Below are positions 10,054-18,637 of a stretch of DNA of 64,000 bases, one piece after another; within the stretch, counting starts at the first letter, position 1, and each line of letters begins with the position of its first letter. Both the position numbers and the translations under genes were made by a program. A model generated the notes under the pieces. The model had not been told where the DNA came from. It made no database searches and saw only the letters and a list, made by a program, of their open reading frames with translations. The stretch is taken from positions 124,001 through 188,000 of the IMG/VR virus record IMGVR_UViG_3300042402_002641; one strand, written 5' to 3'.

Positions 10054-10389
10054 ATGAGACCAATGTGTAAGTGTGGTGTAAGGCCATGTGCTGTGAACTA
10101 CAAGAAAAATTCCAAGACCTACTACAGAAGTCTTTGTGAAATATGCATGTCACACGGTGTATACACAGGAGTACCTCGATGGTTACGTAGCGGCTACAAG
10201 ATGAAATCGCAGTGTGAGAAATGCGGCTTTAGGTCACCGCACGTAGAAGTATTCAGGGTATTTCACATAGACAGCAATCTAGACAACTGCCGTCCTGCGA
10301 ATCTCAAAACCATATGTCTAAACTGTGCTGGCGTTCTGAGCAAAGAGGGAATTGCTTGGAGACAGGGAGATCTCGTTGCTGATTATTGA
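10054..10389 (+). CDS. Zn-finger / HNH-like protein
   Basis: Cys pairs (CKC, CEIC, CEKC, CLNC) and FHIDSNLDNCRPANLKTICLNC resembling the HNH core; TAAATA-N5-ATG upstream. Confidence 0.65.
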   Translation: MRPMCKCGVRPCAVNYKKNSKTYYRSLCEICMSHGVYTGVPRWLRSGYKMKSQCEKCGFRSPHVEVFRVFHIDSNLDNCRPANLKTICLNCAGVLSKEGIAWRQGDLVADY

Positions 10390-10989
10390 TCTCACTGTGT
10401 CGTAGAGCTCGTCTATGCTGTGATCGTTAATCAAAACATGATCAAATTCTGTGCCTACCCAAGCAGTTTCCGAAGCATGTATCTTACGCATTTTGAGATC
10501 CTGATGTGCCCAATTGTAGCCTTGATTAGCTGCCACAGCGGTATCATACCACTCAGGTAACTCACCACGTTGTACCCAGATAATTCTGCCACCTGCATTG
10601 CGTATGCTGGCAATTTCATTAGGAAAACGGCAGTCTGAAATCACCACATGATCCTGTGAATTGCGCAGTTTGTTTTCCAAGCTGGCAATCCATATGTCGT
10701 CATGAAATGCTTTGCGGCAAACCTCTGTGCCCCAGTATTGCAGCACCCACCGCGGAGTCAGCGTAGGCATATCCAAGCGTTTGGCCCACCATGGATCTAC
10801 CTGCTCTCGCCATTCACGAGCTGCTTTGGTACGACCTTCCAACATGGTCCGGTCCCAACCGAATACTGCTGCCACCGCATCTTTTAGTGTGCTGGCAAAT
10901 GATTCTCGTCTAAATTCGTGGAAATTAACCAGATAGTCTGCGACTGTGTCCTTGCCGCTGCCAATAAAACCACATACCCCTATAATCAT
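10318..10989 (-). CDS. Deoxynucleoside monophosphate kinase (T4 gp1-like)
   Basis: IIGVCGFIGSGKDT P-loop, PRWVLQYWGTE, VVISDCRFPNE, HASE. Confidence 0.92.
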   Translation of the reverse strand: MIIGVCGFIGSGKDTVADYLVNFHEFRRESFASTLKDAVAAVFGWDRTMLEGRTKAAREWREQVDPWWAKRLDMPTLTPRWVLQYWGTEVCRKAFHDDIWIASLENKLRNSQDHVVISDCRFPNEIASIRNAGGRIIWVQRGELPEWYDTAVAANQGYNWAHQDLKMRKIHASETAWVGTEFDHVLINDHSIDELYDTVRSIISNEISLSPSNSLFAQNASTV

Positions 10990-11009
10990 AAATGTCTCCT
11001 TACAAAGAC

Positions 11010-11038
11010 AGTATACTATAGATCGATCACAAGGTCAA
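11010..11038 (-). promoter_or_regulatory. Sigma70-type promoter for the dNMP kinase gene
   Basis: TTGACC-N17-TATACT, then SD AAGGAG and ATG at 10989. Confidence 0.75.
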
Positions 11039-11044
11039 GAGTTT

Positions 11045-11803
11045 TTAACCAATTATCCAAGAATAACCACTGCCGCCGGGCACTAGTTTCATTAGATCAT
11101 CCACTAGTTTTTCCATTTCTGCAGTAGCTTCAGTTTTCATAGCAGCACCGTTAAGGCCTGATCCGCCCTGTGGTCCTGCTATCTGTGCGAATTTTTCGCG
11201 AGCCTGTCCCAGCATCATCTTGCAGTTGGCCAAGGTATAGTCCTTGATCCACTGTCCGGAATATATGTCATCTATGATGGCAAAGTCAGGTTTGGTGTTA
11301 TATACCTGTATCATCACTGACTCTTCACCTCTGGGACGCTGATGTATGATTAATTTGTGGCTCTGCGGATGCCATGTGAAGTTTATAAAAGACCCAAACA
11401 TTTTACCTATCAATTCTTGATACTGTGAGAATAATTCATATGTGGCTAATCCGCCCATGTTTGTGGAACTCAAAAGATAGGTATTAGAGTAGGCCAAGTT
11501 AAAGGGTTCAAACACAGTACCGCCCGTGCCATTACCTGTTCTAGATCCTACTGAACGACGAAATATCTGTCGAACCTGTTGTATTTCTTTAGGTAGGATA
11601 TATTCGTTAACACTTTCAGTTAGTGTTAGAAAACAATAACTTTCCTCTACGGCGTTGTCGCTGCGCTGCCGAAATACCGCTAGGCTGCGGTTTAGGGCAG
11701 TTTCGTAGTGTATGGGGTCTAGTTCTATGTCGATCATGCCGTCGCCCAGCATAGCCTTACAGTAGTCGAAAACCTGTTGTTTTGCTTGATCAGTTGTGCT
11801 CAT
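11045..11803 (-). CDS. Neck protein (T4 gp13-like)
   Basis: Start reassigned to 11803 (TAAATA-N5-ATG); LGDGMIDIEL, KMMLGQAREKF..I.GPQGGSGLNG are typical of gp13. Confidence 0.85.
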   Translation of the reverse strand: MSTTDQAKQQVFDYCKAMLGDGMIDIELDPIHYETALNRSLAVFRQRSDNAVEESYCFLTLTESVNEYILPKEIQQVRQIFRRSVGSRTGNGTGGTVFEPFNLAYSNTYLLSSTNMGGLATYELFSQYQELIGKMFGSFINFTWHPQSHKLIIHQRPRGEESVMIQVYNTKPDFAIIDDIYSGQWIKDYTLANCKMMLGQAREKFAQIAGPQGGSGLNGAAMKTEATAEMEKLVDDLMKLVPGGSGYSWIIG

Positions 11804-11836
11804 ACTCTTATTTATTGCAGCGGTAAATATATGACT

Positions 11837-13228
11837 ATGCCAAGACTCAGTCTCTACCGGCCTCAAAAAGGCAATGATTACCGTTTTATAGATAACACCA
11901 TCTGGGAAATGTTCCAGGTTGGTGGCACGGATGTGCTGGTGCACAAATATCTTGGACCCGCTGCCGCTGTGCAGGGCAACACACCCTCAACACCTACATA
12001 TGCTGCCGACGATCCTTTTAACATACAAGATCTCTTGTTCTTAGAAAATCGTGATCGTAAATATGATCCAGACATTTATCTGCTTAGAGGTGTATATAGT
12101 CTTTCAGACATAGATTTCAATCTCAGCCAATTTGGACTGTTTCTACAGAATGACACTATTTTTATCACCTTCCACATCACAGACACTGTGGAAAAAATTG
12201 GTAGAAAAATCATGGCAGGTGATGTGATAGAACTGCCGCACCTCACTGACGAATATGCTCTAAACGATCTACAGTATGCGCTGAAAAGATTCTATGTCAT
12301 TGAAGAAGTTAGCAGAGCTGCCGAAGGATTTTCTGTCACCTGGTATCCACATCTGTATCGAGCCAAATGCAAACCATTGGTAGACAGCCAAGAATACAAA
12401 CAGATCTTAGATGGTATCGCCAACACAGATGCAGACAAGGGAACCTATAATGCAAATATCACATACTACTCCGGTGACATTGTTACTGGTGCTGATGGTA
12501 AGAAGTATGAAGTCGTTCAAGAAGTTACTGGAATAGCACCGCCTAATGTAACCTACTATGCAATAGCAGACACGCTGAAAGATATCATCTCAACCTACAA
12601 CAAAGAAATGCAGATCACTTCGGCTGTGTTAAATCAAGCAGAAGCAGACGCTCCTAAGAGTGGTTATGACACTAGCAAGTTCTATACCTTACAGAGAACA
12701 GACGACGGTACTGCTGAAATTGCATCAACAGATGCCACTGATGTTACTGTAGATGCTGCTACGCAGGCTACTGATGAGAATGGAAATCTTCTTTACGATA
12801 CGAACGGTGAGCCTGTTTACGTAGGACAGACTGCTAGTTCTGTATTGATGCCCGCAGACGGCGACGGATATAATGGATACCTCACTCGTGATGGTGTTCC
12901 TCCCAACGGTGCTCCGTTTACCGCAGGCATTGCATTTCCTATTAACCCCACTGTGGGACAGTTTGCACTCAGAACAGATTACTTGCCTAATAGACTATTC
13001 AGATTCGACGGATCTAGATGGCGCAAATTTGAGGACAATGTACGTATGACTATGAACAATCTCGGTGCTAGTGATGTGGGTGCAGGTGACACTTATGCTG
13101 GCAAAGATATTCGCCAGACACAAAAGGCCACATTCGTAAACAACACCACAGTAACTACTATAGATGGTCATGTGACTGAAGAAAAACAAAGCCTTACCAA
13201 GGCACTAAGACCACAGGCGGACGAATAA
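11837..13228 (+). CDS. Neck protein (T4 gp14-like) with inserted and extended domains
   Basis: MPRLSLYRP...LSQFGLFLQND...GDVIELP...YRAKCKP resembles gp14; start could be 11831 or 11837. Confidence 0.7.
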   Translation: MPRLSLYRPQKGNDYRFIDNTIWEMFQVGGTDVLVHKYLGPAAAVQGNTPSTPTYAADDPFNIQDLLFLENRDRKYDPDIYLLRGVYSLSDIDFNLSQFGLFLQNDTIFITFHITDTVEKIGRKIMAGDVIELPHLTDEYALNDLQYALKRFYVIEEVSRAAEGFSVTWYPHLYRAKCKPLVDSQEYKQILDGIANTDADKGTYNANITYYSGDIVTGADGKKYEVVQEVTGIAPPNVTYYAIADTLKDIISTYNKEMQITSAVLNQAEADAPKSGYDTSKFYTLQRTDDGTAEIASTDATDVTVDAATQATDENGNLLYDTNGEPVYVGQTASSVLMPADGDGYNGYLTRDGVPPNGAPFTAGIAFPINPTVGQFALRTDYLPNRLFRFDGSRWRKFEDNVRMTMNNLGASDVGAGDTYAGKDIRQTQKATFVNNTTVTTIDGHVTEEKQSLTKALRPQADE

Positions 13229-14766
13229 TGGATTTTTTCTATGACGGACAAATAAGACGCTATGTCACACAGTTTATGCGTGTGTTCATAGGCTTCAAAT
13301 ACAAGGCAGGCGATGGTGATGAGATCAGTGTTCCTGTGAGCTACGGCGACCAGACTCGCCAAGTAGCTGCCATAATCAAAGAAAATTCAGAAAATAAAAT
13401 GAGTTCAGTTCCCAAGATCAGCTGTTACATCAGTGCTCTAGAAATGGATACGTCGCGGCTCAGTGATCCTACATTTGTTTCTAAGGTGCATGTGAGGGAA
13501 CGCAGATTCACAGATGCTGCGGGAACTAGAGATTATCAGAATGTGCAGGGCGGCAACTATACCGTAGAAAGATTAGCACCAACTCCTTTCAAGATGACTA
13601 TGAAAGCAGATATATGGACTTCAAACACAGATCAAAAACTACAATTATTAGAACAGATCTTGGTGCTGTTTAATCCCAGTTTGGAACTGCAGACCACCGA
13701 CAACTATCTAGACTGGACCAGTCTAAGCACACTGTATCTTACCAGCACTAATTTTACCTCAAGAACTATTCCTGCTGGCGCAGAAAGTGAAATCGATGTC
13801 TGCTCCTTAGACTTTGAAATTCCAATCTATATCACTGCTCCTGCAAAAGTTAAAAAATTAGGTATTGTTCAAAGTGTAATTTCGAATGTGTTTATGGAAA
13901 GCGGTGACATAGTAGATTTAGAGAGTTTGGTGTACAATCGTGCCAAAGGTTCATTTACCACAACTTCTAACAGATATCGTGTTTTGCTGTTCAAATCCAA
14001 CACAGGTAATCTCACAGATAATCAATATGACCTAACTCTAGTAAATCCTGACTCGGCGGTGCTGTCATTAGGACTTGCTCAACAGGAATATAAAAATGGT
14101 GAACCTATAGAATGGGATCGAATCCTAGAAGTGCAGGGCGGATACGTTCCGGGTAGCGATGTGTTTTTCCTCAAAGAGGATGACACTGAAATCATTGGCA
14201 CGTTTGTGATCAATCCTCTAGACAGAACCGTGTTGGCCGTGACTCTGGATCCGGATACATATCCTGCTAACACAGACATAGCAAGTGCTATAGAAACTAG
14301 AGGCACAGTAGATGCTATCATCGATCCCTACAAGTACAATCCTCTAGAAGTTTATGGTAATCATGCTGGTATTCCTGTAGGTTTGAGATTTTTGATGTTA
14401 GATGATGTCAACAACAGTGCGAATCGTGGGGGATTCATCGAATACCCAAGCAATCCTGCAGACAGCACCAATGTGCCTTATCGCGGCCCGCAGGCATGGA
14501 GAGATCCTAGCAACGACGATTCGTCATGGGACAACCAGGACGGCACAGATCCTATTATAAAAGCAAATTCGATTATTGAATGGACTGGAGCTACCTGGTC
14601 TACAATATGGGATCCCGATGACAACAGTATCGAAGATCCTGATTTTGCAGCCACATATATCCAAAACATTCGTACAGGTATCAAATACAAATGGGACGGC
14701 ACTCAATGGCTCAAGGCATTTGAAGGTGAGTATGCACCAGGACGTTGGAACTTCAGGATGGTCTGA
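13228..14766 (+). CDS. Tail terminator / sheath stabiliser (T4 gp15-like) with C-terminal extension
   Basis: FFYDGQIRRYVTQF...VPVSYG...VPKIS...P.P.....ADIWT....QLLEQILVLFNP parallels gp15. Confidence 0.85.
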   Translation: MDFFYDGQIRRYVTQFMRVFIGFKYKAGDGDEISVPVSYGDQTRQVAAIIKENSENKMSSVPKISCYISALEMDTSRLSDPTFVSKVHVRERRFTDAAGTRDYQNVQGGNYTVERLAPTPFKMTMKADIWTSNTDQKLQLLEQILVLFNPSLELQTTDNYLDWTSLSTLYLTSTNFTSRTIPAGAESEIDVCSLDFEIPIYITAPAKVKKLGIVQSVISNVFMESGDIVDLESLVYNRAKGSFTTTSNRYRVLLFKSNTGNLTDNQYDLTLVNPDSAVLSLGLAQQEYKNGEPIEWDRILEVQGGYVPGSDVFFLKEDDTEIIGTFVINPLDRTVLAVTLDPDTYPANTDIASAIETRGTVDAIIDPYKYNPLEVYGNHAGIPVGLRFLMLDDVNNSANRGGFIEYPSNPADSTNVPYRGPQAWRDPSNDDSSWDNQDGTDPIIKANSIIEWTGATWSTIWDPDDNSIEDPDFAATYIQNIRTGIKYKWDGTQWLKAFEGEYAPGRWNFRMV

Positions 14767-14780
14767 CGCTAAGTACACAG

Positions 14781-15176
14781 ATGCAACAGCGTGCCGGACT
14801 GCTATTTTTAGCCAAAACCACAGGTAGAATCCTGTTGATTCTTGAGGATCAACGATGGACTGTACCCACTTTTGTGAGGTCAGGACCGTTGTTGGAAGAC
14901 AGTGCACCACTGTTCAAAAATTATGCCACGGGTAGGATACTGCCTATTGAGTTGTATCTATCAGAGGATCGAGGATTTGAATACGGTACATATGTGTGTG
15001 TGGTGGACCAAGAGTTTTTAAACTCTGCTGTTCGAACTGTGTGCTGGGCCGACCTCGATGATCTTCCTAAACAACTGCACCTGGGTTTGAAAACCACGCT
15101 GAACAATCAAGTGATTAGAATTAAAATTGAAACTATCATGGAGTTAGAAAATGTCAAGCCTACTACAGAAATCTAG
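14781..15176 (+). CDS. Nudix-fold-like protein lacking a recognisable Nudix box
   Basis: AGLLFLAKTTGRILL...W...IELYLSED..FEYGTYVCVVDQEF...W.DLDDLPKQLH.GL recalls phage Nudix proteins; TAAGTA-N5-ATG supports a start at 14781. Confidence 0.55.
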   Translation: MQQRAGLLFLAKTTGRILLILEDQRWTVPTFVRSGPLLEDSAPLFKNYATGRILPIELYLSEDRGFEYGTYVCVVDQEFLNSAVRTVCWADLDDLPKQLHLGLKTTLNNQVIRIKIETIMELENVKPTTEI

Positions 15177-15414
15177 TAGATTTCAACAAGACCACGAACG
15201 ATATCTGGCTAAGATTCAACAGATTCCGGAAGGTACATTCAAACAAGAAGTTACTGAACTACTGAACAAATTGGTCTTTGAAGTTAAAAAACTAGACAGT
15301 ATGCACATTGAAATGGTTATTACTAAACAAATGCCTTCCATTGGCTCGGACATGAGACAAAATATTTTGTCTATTAGACAAAAGTTGGACACTAAACTTA
15401 AAAATATAGGCTAG
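15151..15414 (+). CDS. Hypothetical helical protein
   Basis: 87-aa ORF overlapping the upstream stop. Confidence 0.65.
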   Translation: MSSLLQKSSRFQQDHERYLAKIQQIPEGTFKQEVTELLNKLVFEVKKLDSMHIEMVITKQMPSIGSDMRQNILSIRQKLDTKLKNIG

Positions 15415-15425
15415 AACTATCTCAA

Positions 15426-17270
15426 TTAGAGAGCGACAAAGTTCTTGACAGTTATAGTTCCCACCATGCCTAGATGGGATTGACACTGATATCTGTAACC
15501 GCCTGATATGGAAGACGGAATTTTCCAATACAGCGTTCCGCTGGTTTTGGCCTGGGCCGCTGAACCTGTGCTAACTGCGCCAGTAGTGCTCACATGCACT
15601 AGTCCAGTATCGTAGTTTACTCCAGTGCCGTCTTGTATCAAGAATGGGTGACCGGAGGCTCCGGCTAAATTAAATGCAATAGTAGTGCCATTGATAGCGT
15701 ATATAGTAGGATCATCTGCGGTTCCATACTGATCGAATCTATAGGCCGATGTACCATTGGCAGTTACATCCAACATGGTGATGGCTGGAAGATATATTCG
15801 ATCTATGGTCAGGGATGCGGAAACTGCATCTGTAAGGTCATCAAATGCACTAGCACCTCCTGATGCTGTGCTGGTGATGGTGATAGTGTCCGTGCCTGCA
15901 ACTGTGGTTATCGATATGCCGGTGCCAGCTACTAGCGTAAGAGTGTCAGTGGCTGAATCAGCCACAACTGAAGTTTGTCCAGCCACTGCTATGGTGCTAA
16001 AACTATCAGATGAGACGCCGCCGCCAGTTGAATTGATAGTAATAGTGTCTGTACCAGCATCGGTGGTGATGGTAATATTAGTTCCTGCTACCAAGGTCAA
16101 CGTGTCTGTGGCAGAATCTGCCACAACATTCGATTGCCCCGCCACTGCGATTGTAGCAAAACTGTCTGCAGCTGGCGCAGCCCATGTGTTGTCTCCCCTC
16201 AGGAACGTGGTCACATTCCTAGTACCAGCAGTGCCTAGTCTCAGCACCGGAACAGTACCCGAATCTAAATTTGTAGCATTTAGTGCAGTAATATTGGCGC
16301 CACTGCCGCTGAACGATGTGGCAGTGAGTAATCCGACATCTGATATGGTTGCTGAACTGTTTTGTATAATAGTACCTGTAGTGCCATCATAGCGTATGAT
16401 AGCGTTGTCTACATACCCGCCGCCAGCACTAAGTACATCGCCAGTTCCTGCTCCTGATGCGCCGGCTGGTCCTGGGGGTCCTGGGGGTCCTTGTGTGCCG
16501 GTAGAAGAAGTACTTTGTCTAGAACCATCTGCAAAGACTATTTCATTTCCTACTACCACATCCGAATCAAAGGCCACCGTGGGGATGAATGTAATTGCAG
16601 AACTGTCATCGCTGTCTATGACTGTGCCTGCAAAGGTCACTGAGCCTGTGTTTGCTACCGATGAGATTGTGTAAACATCAGCAGTCGAATCATTACTTGA
16701 GATAATAGATATACCCGATCCTTCTACCAGCGTAACAGAATTAGGAACTATGGATTCACTGGCAACTGGCACCCAGGCACTTGCGTGTGCGTAATACAGT
16801 TTCCCTGTGTCATGTGCGTGAGCTATCATCCCATGATAGTCCACCGCAGATACTTCTGAAACTAAATCCGCCAATGTGTCCCAATGAAATCGTATTCGAT
16901 TTTTCTGTCCACTGACTTCAATTATTCCTGTAAGATTTAATGTACTGGTGTTAGCATCCCATGCTAAATTTGTGAGATCGTTGACCTGAGATCCTGCAGC
17001 GGGATAATAGGCTAATCTTCCAGCAACTCCTGCCTGCACTCCCCCACTGAATCCGGCTGCGTTTGCCTTGGCTAAGAAAGCTGCATTAGTAACATTTGCA
17101 AAATCGCTCCTAGCAAGAGCAACACCTCCTTTTGTGATTCCATCAAAAATTCTAAGAGTCTTGGTTTGTTTGTCATAGGCGATATCGCCATTTGACGCAG
17201 TTTGTCGATCAAGATACGCAGTTTCTTTAGGATCTACCCTGAGGGTTTTAAAAAAGTTAGAGTTTGACAT
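15426..17270 (-). CDS. Tail fibre/whisker-like protein: Mtd_N-like N-terminus, short collagen stretch, tandem beta repeats, C-terminal cupredoxin-like domain
   Basis: GDIAYDKQTKTLRIFDGITKGG; GPPGPPGPAG; two ADSATDTLTLVAGT repeats; GHPF...YQCQSHLGMVG. Confidence 0.75.
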   Translation of the reverse strand: MSNSNFFKTLRVDPKETAYLDRQTASNGDIAYDKQTKTLRIFDGITKGGVALARSDFANVTNAAFLAKANAAGFSGGVQAGVAGRLAYYPAAGSQVNDLTNLAWDANTSTLNLTGIIEVSGQKNRIRFHWDTLADLVSEVSAVDYHGMIAHAHDTGKLYYAHASAWVPVASESIVPNSVTLVEGSGISIISSNDSTADVYTISSVANTGSVTFAGTVIDSDDSSAITFIPTVAFDSDVVVGNEIVFADGSRQSTSSTGTQGPPGPPGPAGASGAGTGDVLSAGGGYVDNAIIRYDGTTGTIIQNSSATISDVGLLTATSFSGSGANITALNATNLDSGTVPVLRLGTAGTRNVTTFLRGDNTWAAPAADSFATIAVAGQSNVVADSATDTLTLVAGTNITITTDAGTDTITINSTGGGVSSDSFSTIAVAGQTSVVADSATDTLTLVAGTGISITTVAGTDTITITSTASGGASAFDDLTDAVSASLTIDRIYLPAITMLDVTANGTSAYRFDQYGTADDPTIYAINGTTIAFNLAGASGHPFLIQDGTGVNYDTGLVHVSTTGAVSTGSAAQAKTSGTLYWKIPSSISGGYRYQCQSHLGMVGTITVKNFVAL

Positions 17271-17362
17271 AGGTATAGTATTTATGCTCTAGTTTAAACA
17301 AGTTTCCAGAAATTTAAGTTGATTCGTTCGCTGCTGCTAAGTAGTTTAAAATAGAGGTTATT

Positions 17363-17941
17363 ATGGGTCGATACAGTGATTATATGCGTGACATTTGGGC
17401 TATTCAGGCCAACAGAAAAGTCTTAGGAATTACGTTGTTTGGAGTATTTTTTGATAATTCCAAACCGTTCACTCCTGGTGATCAGCTTCAACTAGCAGAT
17501 GGTGTAGAAACTGCTGTGCAACTATTGTCTCAAAAAGGATATGATTTATTGATTATTTCCGGACAGCCATCAAAGAAAACCAAAAATTTATCTATACAGG
17601 ATTTTGAAAACATATTGTCTGCTACCAGAGAAGGTGTAGAACGATTAGGAGGCAGAATAAAAAATGCATACTACGCACCCGGAACAGATAAAAATGATCC
17701 GTATGTTAAGCCCAATGCAGGCATGTTCGAAAAAGCACAAAATGAAGGTATGGTAGATTGGTCTAAATCTTATTACGTTGGGTTCGAAGCTAACGATATA
17801 AAGGCCGCAGTAAAAGTAAAGGCCTTACCAGTGCTTATAAAACCTGCCAACAGTGAAGTAAATGTAAAGGCCTTGGCGTTGACACATCACCTTAAAATTC
17901 AAGAATTTCCTAGCCTGTTGGAATTTGCTCAAAGCCTTTAA
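17363..17941 (+). CDS. GmhB/HisB-like HAD-fold protein, catalytic aspartates missing
   Basis: L.DGV..AV..L...GY.L.IISGQ...YYAP...KPNAGMF...SYYVG...DIKAA aligns by eye to GmhB. Confidence 0.7.
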   Translation: MGRYSDYMRDIWAIQANRKVLGITLFGVFFDNSKPFTPGDQLQLADGVETAVQLLSQKGYDLLIISGQPSKKTKNLSIQDFENILSATREGVERLGGRIKNAYYAPGTDKNDPYVKPNAGMFEKAQNEGMVDWSKSYYVGFEANDIKAAVKVKALPVLIKPANSEVNVKALALTHHLKIQEFPSLLEFAQSL

Positions 17942-17982
17942 TCATTATAATTGATTAAGAATAGTATCTAATACCGAAAGTA

Positions 17983-18636
17983 TTATGGTCTATTAAGAGT
18001 CACATCTAATCCGGTACAGCTTACTTCGTCGGGGTCAAGACTCAACGGCGATGTGTAGAAAGAATTAAACGCCAAACTTTTTCTAATCTTTTCACCCTCA
18101 TTTGGAGTTACCCAATGGTGCAACCAGCTCGGAAATATAACAAGGTCGTATTGTTTAGGAGTTATAAAAATTTGAGGAGTATTGAAAAAATTAATCTCAC
18201 CTCTGTGTTGTATAGTACCCTTTTGACGATTGTCTTCAAGAACTACATCGCCAGTAACACCTTCAGGAATACTTAGATAGAAAGTTCCGCTTAATACGGT
18301 GTTGTAATGATTATGCATATGATGCCCAGTGCCAGGTGGATTAAAATTCACCCAGCTTTGAGTAATTGCTAACGTATTATCATAAACACCGAAAATATCT
18401 TTAGCATATTGATTTAAATGCTGCTCTATGACCTGTGTGAGTTTAGAATTTTTGTATTTTTTAGTCAATACAAGTTTATCCGGAGTCATCCAGTTTCCAG
18501 CTTTGTTAGCAATTAAATCTTTAGAAGAGAAATACTCTTTATTGTATTCCCCGATCATTTCCTCGATTTCGTTAACGTCAATTAACTCTTCTAAGTTTAC
18601 CTGAATGTAGGTAAGTGGAAAAATGTGATTATACAA
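17983..18636 (-). CDS. 2OG-Fe(II) oxygenase (TIGR02466-like)
   Basis: SWVN...HMHNH...LSGTFYL...IFPSWLHH.V...RKSLAFN. Confidence 0.85.
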   Translation of the reverse strand: MYNHIFPLTYIQVNLEELIDVNEIEEMIGEYNKEYFSSKDLIANKAGNWMTPDKLVLTKKYKNSKLTQVIEQHLNQYAKDIFGVYDNTLAITQSWVNFNPPGTGHHMHNHYNTVLSGTFYLSIPEGVTGDVVLEDNRQKGTIQHRGEINFFNTPQIFITPKQYDLVIFPSWLHHWVTPNEGEKIRKSLAFNSFYTSPLSLDPDEVSCTGLDVTLNRP

Positions 18637-18637
18637 G

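Noticed and set aside
15757-16392. 211-aa plus-strand ORF
   Set aside because: Antisense shadow of the repetitive fibre gene; no SD or TAARTA; composition mirrors the sense codons
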